From NCBI RefSeq assembly GCF_036321535.1, contig NC_087437.1:75456001-75520000 (forward strand): a DNA stretch of 64,000 nucleotides, read 5' to 3'. Made by a program: the position numbers and the translations under genes. The stretch comes from Camelus dromedarius. Its lineage: Eukaryota. Within the stretch, counting starts at the first letter, position 1. Each line of letters begins with the position of its first letter. The notes beneath the pieces are model-generated. The model was not told the origin of the DNA, did no database searches, and worked only from the letters and a program-made list of their open reading frames with translations. This document shows positions 14,619 to 24,283 of the stretch, piece by piece.

Positions 14619-15269
14619 GTATGTCAGATATTCAGCTCTGCTCTAATTCTTAAAGCATTTGTGTTTCAGGCTCATGTCATCACCTGGACCAGTGTAACAA
14701 GAAATTTCATGTTTCTCTCTTTCAAGGCTTTAAAAAAATAATAATGTTAAAAAAAATGCTAAAAAAAAAAACGGTCTGATAAAATCTTCCTATACTTACT
14801 AAATTCTATTTGTCCAGGTGGTATGAGGTGCTGAGCATTTGAGTGGGCTGCACATTGTACTTATACTTCTCAAATGCTTAATTCCAGGTTAGTTTGCAGG
14901 CTCTGAGCTTCAGGGCCTAGATTCATTTGGGTAGAACAGTCAGGAGACCAGGGAGCAAAGATGATTAAAAGAGCATGGATGTATCTGCTTGAAATTCTAA
15001 GTGAACTCTTTCTATGGTAGACAAGTATGTGGCTTTGTATCATATCATACTGAGACCCAGGGGGCCGGGTTTAAAATTGAGGCCATGAAGAACAAATACA
15101 AGAGTCCTGCTTTCTAGTTTTCTGCCCTAAAATGGGAAAAGGAACTGTCTACATCTCTGTGGTCCATGAAACTTTAGTTCTGATCCAATAATAGAGGCAG
15201 CTGCCCTAATTTTCTTGGCAAAGGAGCACAGTGATAGAGAACACTAAACCGTCGGCTTGGTAGGGTCAG

Positions 15270-15642
15270 TGTCGTTAGTCGGTTCAGGCTGCCATGACAA
15301 TACCAGAGACCCGGTGCTTACAAACAGCAAACATTTATTCCTCACCATTCTGGAGCCTGGGAAGTCCAGGATCATGGTGCTGGCAGACTCGGTATCTGGT
15401 GAAGGCCACTTCCTCATAGGCAGCCCTCTTCTCCCTGTAACCTCACACAGTAGAAAGCAGGGAGGAAGCTCTCTGGAGTCTTTTCACATAAGGACATTAT
15501 TAATCCCAGTTATGCAGACTCGACCCTCATGACATAAAGGTCCTACTTCCTAATACCATCACTGGGGAGGGGGACAGGAAGGCGGGGCTAGGATTTCAAC
15601 ATATGAATTTGTCAGGGGTACAAAAATATTCATACTATCACA
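15270..15642 (-). mobile_element. MaLR solo LTR (MLT1A-like)
   Basis: TG...CA ends, MLT1 motifs (catttatt.ctcac..ttctggag.ctgggaagtccaggatc; ggatttcaacatatgaatt), 5-bp TSD GTCAG/GTTAG. Confidence 0.8.
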
Positions 15643-16743
15643 GTTAGCTTAGCCTTAGCTTCTTCACTGAGATTTTCCCCAGAAATGACATCTGGCTCTA
15701 GAAGAGAATTAAAGGAGATTGGATACCCTCCTTAGAATGCCTGTAGAGCACTTAGCACAGGCACCACCATTTCATTTTGCTTTTTAAATGAGGTATACTT
15801 CTGGTCTTCTTTCTTGTTTATTGTAAATGAATTACTAACAACCCTGCAAGATAATTAGATAGGGTGGTCAATAATAAATATTACCTTACAGGAGGTCAAA
15901 AGGAACTCATTTGAAGAAGAGGCTGTAAGTTGGTGATGTTGAATACCTTTGGATCCAAATATGAGAAGTTGGAGTCACTGGCAGACTCTAGGAATTTCTT
16001 ATTGATGAGCAAAGAGTTGTCTCGGGGATAAAGCCTATCTATCTGGAGAGGTCCAGTTAAGTGGTTTGAACTCTGGCCTCAATTTAAGAAGTATTACAGC
16101 ATTGGACTGGGGTCTTCTGCCCAGAAGCTGCCCAGCAACCCCCTGCAATAGATTTGTTTAGGGAAGTGCTTCACACGTGCTGCAATTGCACTCAGCTGCA
16201 GGAGGTCAAAAGGCCTCCAAAACAGATGTACTGCATTCGACTTTGTCACAGTTATTTCCAACAAAGAATGAAATGAGTGAAGCAGAAATTGCTTCTGAGA
16301 GGCCAGAGATGAATAGGAAAATCGTCCTTGGCAGTGCCATGACTAATTGTTTTCCATTCACAGAAGGAAAGCCTGAAAATCTCTCAACCGTCATAAACCA
16401 AAGGAAAAGGTTTTCTGCTAGGATTGTGTGTCAGGGCTGTGGAGCAAATTGGTGATGCTGCTACAGCCTTGCCCGCACAGGGTCTTCGGTAGAGGGCGCT
16501 GCCTTCACTGGCGATGCGAAGAATGCACAAAATTGAGTGACCCAGCGTGCCCTTGCTGTGAATGCCCAGTGTCTGCTTTCTCTCCTGCAGATAATTGCCT
16601 CAATTCCCTGCCCTGCTTTGAAGCTAATGAAGAACTGGCTAAGGCCTGCTGTGTCCTCTGGAAAGCACTGGGCTTGGTTCTGGGCATGTCTTACTGACGG
16701 AAGTCACAGGGATCTCACAGACACACTGATAACTGTTTTTCAG

Positions 16744-16758
16744 GTCCACGAAGAATGA
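16744..16758 (+). CDS. MYH15: MYH15 terminal coding exon, VHEE*
   Basis: gtttttcAG acceptor then GTC CAC GAA GAA TGA; the short xxEE* last exon is typical of sarcomeric myosins; synteny with HHLA2 supports MYH15. Confidence 0.85.
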   Translation, partial: VHEE

Positions 16759-16845
16759 GCAGTCCTCGCTTATGAAGGAGAGTGGCTGGCGAAGCACAAG
16801 GCGGGTACTGTTTTATGGCCAGGAACTTAAGTTGCGTGTGAAACA

Positions 16846-17105
16846 TTTTATTTCTTATAGAAGTATAGTTGATTTAAATGTTCTGTTAGTTTCAAGTGTG
16901 CAACAGTGATGTGATACTTGTAGATTATGACCCATTTAAACTTCTAAAATGTTGGTTATATTCCATGTGTTATACATTATATCCTTGTATCTTATTTTAA
17001 AGCTACTGGTTTGAACCTCTTAATCCTCTTCCCCTCCCCTCTCTGGTAACCAATAGTTTGTTCTCTGTATTGATAAATCTTTTTCTGTTTTGTTATATTA
17101 ATTTG
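16846..17105 (-). mobile_element. Old L1 3'-end fragment in MYH15 3'UTR
   Basis: gaagtatagttgattta...ctctggtaaccaatagtttgttctctgtat is characteristic of an antisense L1 3'UTR. Confidence 0.7.
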
Positions 17106-17178
17106 TGAAACAAACATTTAAAAAATGTTTATATTGTGTGAAAAGCAGTTTAAACAGGGTGATTAGAAAAATGTAATA

Positions 17179-17184
17179 ATTAAA
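17179..17184 (+). promoter_or_regulatory. Candidate MYH15 polyadenylation signal ATTAAA
   Basis: First canonical-type hexamer I found after the MYH15 stop; GT/T-rich sequence follows. Confidence 0.4.
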
Positions 17185-17282
17185 GGGAATATTGTTGCTT
17201 CCCAGTTTAATGGGGATTTTTTTTCCTCACATGAAAGATTACATGCAAGAATCTTTTAAATTCTGAAGTTAAAATGAAGAGA

Positions 17283-18920
17283 AGAGCACAATTTTTTAGT
17301 TATACATGAACATATATATATTCATGGTCACATTTTTTTCTCTGTGAGCTACCACAAGGTCTTGTATATATTTCCCTGTGCTATACAGTGTAATCTTGTT
17401 TATCTATTCTACATTTTGAAATCCCACCCCCCGCCACCTTGGCAACCACAAGTTTGTATTCTATGTCTATGAGTTTCTGATTTGTATTTGGGTTTTGTTT
17501 TTTTTTTTAGAGTCCACATATGAGTGATCTCATATGGTATTTTTCTTTCTCTTTCTGGCTTACTTCACTTAGAATGACATTCTCCAGGAACATCCATGTT
17601 GCTGCAAATGGCGTTATGTTGTCAGTTTTTATGGCTGAGTAGTATTCCATTGTATAAATATACCACTTCTTCATCCAGTCACCTGTTGATGGACATTTAG
17701 GCTGTTTCCATGTTTTGGCTATTGTAAATAGTGCTGCTATGAACATTGGGGTGCAGGTGTCTTTTTGAAGTAGGGTTCCTTCTGGATATATGCCCAGGAG
17801 CAGGATTCCTGGGTCATATGGTAAGTCTATTCCTAGTCTTTTGAGGAATCTCCATACTGTTTTCCACAGTGACTGCACCAAACTGCATTCCCACCAGCAG
17901 TGTAGGAGGGTTCCCTTTTCTCCACAGCCTCTCCAGCATTTGTCATTTGTGGATTTTTGAATGATGGCCATTCTGACTGGTGTGAGGTGATACCTCATTG
18001 TAGTTTTGATTTGCATTTCTCTGATAATTAATGATATAGAGCATTTTTTCATGTGCCTATTGATCATTTGTATGTCTTCCTTGGAGAATTGTTTGTTTAG
18101 GCCTTCTGCCCATTTTTGGATTGGGTTGTTTGTTTTTTTCTTATTAAGTTGTATGAGCTGCTTATATACTCTAGAGATAAGCCTTTGTCGGTTTCATTTG
18201 CAAATTTTTTTCCCATTCCATAGGTTGTCTTTTTGTTTTACTTATGGTTTCCTTTGCTGTGCAGAAGCATGTAAGTTTCATTAGGTCCCATTTGTTTATT
18301 CTTGCTTTTATTTCTTCTAGGAGAAAAATTTTGAGATGTATGTCAGATAATGTTTTGCCTATATTTTCCTCTAGGAGGTTTATTGTATCTTGTCTTATGT
18401 TTAAGTCTTTGATCCATTTTGAGTTTATTTTTGTGTATGGTGTAAGGGAGTGTTCTAGATTCATTGTTTTACATGCTGCTGTCCAGTTTTCCCAGCACCA
18501 TTTGCTGAAGAGACTGTCTTTATTCCATTGTATATTCTTGCCTCCTTTGTCGAAGATGAGTTGACCAAAAGTTTGTGGGTTCATTTCTGGGCTCTCTATT
18601 CTGTTCTGTTGGTCTGTATGTCTGTTTTTGTACCAATACCATGCTGTCTTGATGACTGTAGTTGTATAGTATTGTCTGAAGTCTGGGAGAGTTATTCCTC
18701 CAGCCTCTTTCTTTTCCTTCAGTAATGCTTTGGCAATTCTAGGTCTTTGATGGTTCCATATAAATTTGATTATGATTTGTTCTAGTTCTGTGAAATATGT
18801 CCTGGGTAATTGGATAGGGATAGCATTAAATCTGTAGATTGCCTTGGGCAGTGTGACCATTTTAACAATATTGATTCTTCCAACCCAAGAGCATGGGGTA
18901 TCTTTCCATTTTTTAAATTT
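17283..18920 (-). mobile_element. Relatively young L1 fragment (ORF2 C-terminal part plus 3'UTR), truncated at both ends
   Basis: Long well-preserved ORF2 translations (track ORFs 18171-18953 and 17507-18067 with [18 protein letters not shown]); no polyA or TSD seen. Confidence 0.92.
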
Positions 18921-21038
18921 CCTTAATGAGTAATATTCATGGAAGACATGCACTATGGTCCATCAGGACTAGGGCATGTTGGTAAGTGGTTATTACTGAA
19001 GTTAGTGAACTCTGCCTGACTCACTTCTACATCCATGCATCTATATTTTTAGCCACTAATGGTGAGAGACAGTAGGCTTTTCTAGGCACTCTATAATGAG
19101 GTACATATAATCACAGTAAGGCACTTACCTTGTAGGTAAAACTCTCCTACTTGACACACACATAGGCTGAGTCGTACAGACTTTAAACACTGAAGCAACT
19201 TCCCACACAATATGTTCAGTTCAGTGACAGGTTGTATGCTGTCTTTGTATGGTACCAATCTCGCTAAGCTGGAGGAACACTGCCCAGAATTCCTATCTCT
19301 GTGTGGCTCTGGATTAAAGTTGGTTACAAGAGAATGCACCAATGTGTGGGCAGAGGTGAAGGAATAGCTGGTTTTTATGCTCATGAGGTCAGTGCACGGC
19401 CCTAGGCACTGTGATAGCTGGCAATTACTACCCCAGGCCAAAACAGTGAGCCAGCAGTGAAGGGCCATGGCTCCGAGGACCCACATTCCGTTGGTGTCCT
19501 GCTCCAGCCTCACTGAGTCCTGGCCAGGTGCGTGTGCGGCCCTGCGGCAGTGGGCACCAGCTGATTCTACAGGTCACCCACAGCATGCACTCTGGAGGCC
19601 CTGAGATGGCACAGGATCCAGTTTGTTCTTACAATTCCAGTTCACGCCCCCCTCCACTTCCAGCTCTCCTTCCTGACCACCGGCACAGCTGACCCACAGC
19701 GACGTCAGGCCCAGCACCAGACGCAGAGGGGACAGCCTGGTGCAGACTTCTTCACCAGTGCCCACAACTGTAGAAGGCTGAATCTCCAGAATACATCCTT
19801 ACTGTCTGTCATCCTCAGCAGTCTGCCCCTCTGATCCAGCCTGTCTCATACAGTGGCTCTAAGATGAACGCAGGGGCTCAGCAGGGTTGAAGGACACAGG
19901 CTCCTTCTTGTCTGCCGTCCTCCACTTGCTGGCTTTGGTCTTTAAATTTGTCACCCTCATCACTATAAGAAGACTAGAGCCGTTCTGAGCATCTTCTCAT
20001 CAAGTGTCCTGTGTCCCTTTCTAAAGTTTTTCTTTACAATGGCATCCTTAATACTTTACAGTTTGTAATGAACACCAGTCACAATGATGGAGCAAATTCT
20101 TGAAGTCAGTGAAACTCTGTATAAAGTATGAGATTGTGAAATAAGTCCAGCTGACAAAACTGGACCAGGTGGCATTAACACACAATTTAGGGTTGGTTTT
20201 CTTCTGTAAACTGTCGAGCCAAAACCTTGATTGACCAACTCACAAAAAATCCTGGTTAGGCTTTTTCTTCCTTATAAATTGATGATAAAATTAAGGGGAA
20301 TGGATCATCCAGTCGGCTGAGCTATCCATTCTCTCCTTGCATAAAAATGTATGTGAAAATCTAAATGTATTAGAAAGCTGATAAACAATATGACAACTGA
20401 GCCAGAATCAAATTATCTTCATAGCAAGGGTCACTCAGTTATGCAAACCTGGTTATTGGAAGGTATAACTCAGCCCCAAAGATGTCAGTTCTTGAGTTGT
20501 TAGGCCCTTTGCCTTAGACATACTGACAATCTTACTCTTGGGCGGCCCTAAGACTCACCATACTAAATCTTATTGGTTAAACTGATACTAACCATTCATG
20601 TAAAACTAGAGTTCAGTACTTAAGCAAATCAATTGCCTTGGCTTCTGGGCCCCGGGTTTTCATCTTTTCACTAAGGACTTTTCTTTTCTGCTCCTACCTC
20701 TCATCCATCATTAGCTGAACTGATTTTGTATTATCTCTTAGTGACACGTTTCTTCTGCGTTCTTGGTGGAAACCCCACTGTAGCCTCTTGGGCTGATTGC
20801 AGCAGAAATGTAAATGAAAGAGATACTTCTTTTCCAAGTTGAATTCTTGGCATCCAGGCATTTATAGTATTGATGCATGTGAATGATTCTTCGGTCTTGA
20901 AGAGAGAGCGTAACTATTCTCTTTCCAGTATCACAAGTCTTTGCAAAGGTGGAGTTGTCAGGCCATGACCAGCCATTGCTGGAGTGGCAGTGAAGAAAGG
21001 GGAGGTGAGGTCACTGGATATTAAAGATGTTTGTGCTG

Positions 21039-21086
21039 TCAACTCCTGTCTCCATTTCCTCTACTGGCTGGATAGCCTGAAAGAGC
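21039..21086 (-). CDS. HHLA2: HHLA2 terminal coding exon, ALSGYPASRGNGDRS* (alternative acceptor at 21076 gives AIQPVEEMETGVDSTNIFNIQ*)
   Basis: ttcttggttctAG|GCT CTT TCA GGC resembles the human terminal PLSG(KV*); TGA at 21041-21039. Confidence 0.65.
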   Translation of the reverse strand, partial: ALSGYPASRGNGDRS

Positions 21087-21826
21087 CTAGAACCAAGAAA
21101 AATGGGTTCTAAATGGCTGTTGTTCATGTCACAATAACCATTTTTAAGTATTTAATTCTGGAATTGTTTTCTTTTGGTTTTTGGGAGTGGGCAGCTTGAA
21201 GCTATTATTTGCATCTGTAATCAGAGATCCATAAGACAGGCATAAAATAAGTAGTTATGGAGTCTGGGTCCCATCAGTCAATTTTAATTTCCCTGCTAAA
21301 TGTTCCTGAGATTTTAACAAGTAGAAAAACCAGTTCACCCCATTCTTTGCTGTTATAGACATTCTGATTAACGGAACTTATAAATAATAAAAGGTATGCA
21401 GCCAAAAGGAAGTATGCAATTAAGTAATAATTTGTAAGTTCTCAAGGGACCTAGAAGTGGCTGGAAAAGCGTGGAAGGTCAGAATATGGGTCTGGGCAGA
21501 AACTATAGTCTGCTTTTCTCTACTTATCTGTCCGTATTTGTTTCCACTCCTGTCCAATCCCACGTTTCTGTCAGAAGCTTGAGTGCACTGGTGCATAGTG
21601 CCATTGAGATCTTCTCTACAAATACCAGTAGGAGATGAGAGGAGCAACCACTGACTTACGCAAGTAGAGCCTGTTTAATTACGGACATTGGGAAAAGCCT
21701 AATTGTATGTTTTCCCTGTTCTATTATCCTGCAATCCCTGCTGCCTTTTTTTTTCTCTATAAAATTCCTACATGATAATGTGTGAATCAGTCAAAATTTC
21801 AATTACCTTTGTGCAGTAGATTTCTT

Positions 21827-21874
21827 ATACTAAAAGTGGTCTGATAAAGGATACTAAAAGTGGTCTGATAAAGG
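21827..21874. repeat. Perfect 24-bp tandem duplication ATACTAAAAGTGGTCTGATAAAGG x2
   Basis: Directly visible at 21827-21850 and 21851-21874. Confidence 0.95.
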
Positions 21875-21885
21875 AAATGCCTTAC

Positions 21886-21944
21886 CATGTTTTCTTCTGC
21901 AGTCCTAGCAGTGCCAGCTCCCTGATCAGTAGACACAGAACATC
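21886..21944 (-). CDS. HHLA2: HHLA2 cytoplasmic exon, GCSVSTDQGAGTARTAEENM
   Basis: ttttcctgttgaAG acceptor, GTAAGG donor, phase 1/0; resembles human RCCVPPG...GEENV. The exact acceptor is less certain. Confidence 0.75.
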
Positions 21945-22542
21945 CTTCAACAGGAAAATAGAGAATTAAAAAAAAAAATCTCTTTGCCAACACCTGGTTC
22001 TGCCTTACCCCCACTTCAGTATAATTATGCTATTAGAATCACCTTAGTTACTCCCCTTTGCATCTTTTTTCCAATAAACAGCATTAAAATGCACTTAATG
22101 TAGAAATACCTCATCAGAAACAAAAGTAATAAATTCTGATGGCTGACTCAGGCGCTCCAAAGCAGGGGAAAAGGCAATTCAACCACCCCAGGAATTCCTG
22201 GCTCTTTAGGAGTGTGGGACTGATTCCACCCAACTGTAAACAATGGAAAATAGCCAAGGAGGTGATGGATAAGGAAAAGGGGGCATAATGTCATTTCTCA
22301 AGGAAGGCCTTCCTTCTGGGCCTTGCTAAAACCTGGGATAATTTATACCTTTCCTAGACTAAGGGCATTTTAAAAGAGAGTAATAGAAAAAGGAATTTAC
22401 AAAGAAAACAGATAAGCCATGGTCATAGGAAACTACAGCCAGAGGCCTGGAGCTTTTGTGGCTTTTAGTGTAACAGCTTGAAATATATTTTCAGACCATC
22501 TAAGTACAGAACTATATAAACATTTCTTTTAAGTGGCTAATA

Positions 22543-22937
22543 TTGTTTTTGCTCATATTTACTGACTGCTCCAGAGTCAGAATCCATCTTGCTCTCTGCC
22601 GTGGGAAGCTGGCCTGGATGGGTTCCATCTGCAGGCCGTTTCTCTTCCCTCTGGTTTCCAGTTGGGGCAGAGATCAGAGGCAGGGAAGGGCAAACGCAGG
22701 TATTTATTCTCCTAGTTCCTTCCCTGTAAGGTCACCTTAGGCTGGCTGTGTCCTTTGAGTGAAGGCTGCCCTCCTTACAACGCAGCTGGTTTTCCATAAC
22801 TCTTCTTCTTGTTCCTTCAAGTTTAGTTTTCTCAAATCAGCTGTCCCCAGCTCTGGGGGAACACACAATCTTCTGTGCTCCTTTTGTCCAGTTTTGACTG
22901 TGCCAGGTGTTCTGTGCTGGGACTTCACTGACTCACA
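22543..22937 (+). mobile_element. ERVL LTR33-like solo LTR in HHLA2 intron
   Basis: Motifs gctctctgcc.tgggaagctg, ccctctggtttcc.gttggg, gagatcagagg, gtatttatt.tcct.gttcc.tccctg and terminal ggac...ctgact.aca resemble the LTR33 consensus; ends approximate. Confidence 0.7.
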
Positions 22938-24172
22938 CTTCCAGGATAGAAACTAAACTGTCATTCTTGAGCAGGAGGTAGTGCCCCTCTCTCCTGTGAT
23001 TTGAACCTAATCCAATCACAAGTAGTAGTATACCGGGATTTGCACGTGAGGGGCAAACTAGACTATCTGCAACCACCCATCTTTTTCTGCCTCTTGCCAG
23101 CCAAGGGACAGGAGCAACAAGTAAGGGGACTAGCTTGTCTATTAGTATGAGAATCACGGGGCCACAGCTGGCAAAACACTCGCTCACTATCACCCTTAAA
23201 ATCCTACCTTCAATAATGATGTCTGTTATGATCACATAACCCTACCTGTAGCAGGGGCAGTAGGCAAATACCAATCAGAGGAAGGGACACTGGGTCTATC
23301 TCAACCTCCTGGGACACTCAGAGCTTTCTCAGAGAGATTATGAAATAAGGGAGAGCTTCTGAGGACCTACATCTGCCACTAGTCAGCTCGGTGGGGATTA
23401 AGTCTGTTTCACATGCTTACTTAGAATTTGAGTTAACTTCTTGGATTCTAGTTTCCTGATCTGGAAAATATGGAAATAAGTAAATGTTTGTGGCAGAAAA
23501 TTTAGAAAAAGTTTAAAAAAAATTTACAAAGTTTAAAATAAAATGGCCCATAAAGGACAACAATGTTGTTTTGAGCAGTAGCAACTATACACAAAACTCC
23601 AAGAAAGAGAACACAGAGCCCAGCGACTTAAGGAAGTCCAGACATAATCAAAGTACCTAGGCAGGTGTGTGGCAGAGAGGGGGCAGCCTCTGTACAAAGG
23701 CAACCATTTTCTAAAGTTTTGGCTGATTACTTTCCAGCTATTTTTCAATGCAAGATAATTCAGATCATCCTGTGTATTATTTTACTGCCAGATCTAAAAT
23801 TTCTCTCTTTAGTAAAAAAAACAAATAAAACAACTTAAATAACATGTGATTTTCAATTCATTTACTCAATCCCTTGTTTTTTATTAAAATAGAAAAACTG
23901 GCAGTAATGGCAGCATGATGCAGTGGATGTGCTTGCATACAGCTTGGTGTGTCTCTGACCATCTAACTCAGGATAATTTCCTAGAAGTAACAGTTAGGTG
24001 GAAATGTAGGAGCCTTTTAAAGAATTTCTGAGAAATTTTACAAACGACTCTTCAGAAAATTCAGATCTATTTACACACCTCGCCGCAGTGCAGGTGTGCA
24101 GCTGCGGGTCATCTTTGATACACCTCTACCCGAACACCCAGGCACAAGCCCTAGTCCTCCATGAGATATTAC

Positions 24173-24283
24173 CTGTGCAGAAACAGATGTATCTTAACTT
24201 CACAGCTAGAATTACTGCTGAAGTCAGCAAAACCACTGCCACAGTCAGAACAATTATCCTGACAACTCTTCCTTGGCTTATGT
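24173..24283 (-). CDS. HHLA2: HHLA2 transmembrane exon, DISQGRVVRIIVLTVAVVLLTSAVILAVKLRYICFCT (absent from ORF track)
   Basis: ttttatttAG acceptor, GTAATA donor, 111 nt phase 1/1, open frame; about 19 hydrophobic residues followed by KLR stop-transfer. Confidence 0.85.

Noticed and set aside
17507..18953. Longest ORFs in the window (260 aa and 186 aa) as a novel gene
   Set aside because: They are L1 ORF2 C-terminal fragments.
22418..22476. Alternative candidate for the missing HHLA2 tail exon (LKA motif)
   Set aside because: In-frame TAG, no GT donor, and a far weaker match than 22614-22666.
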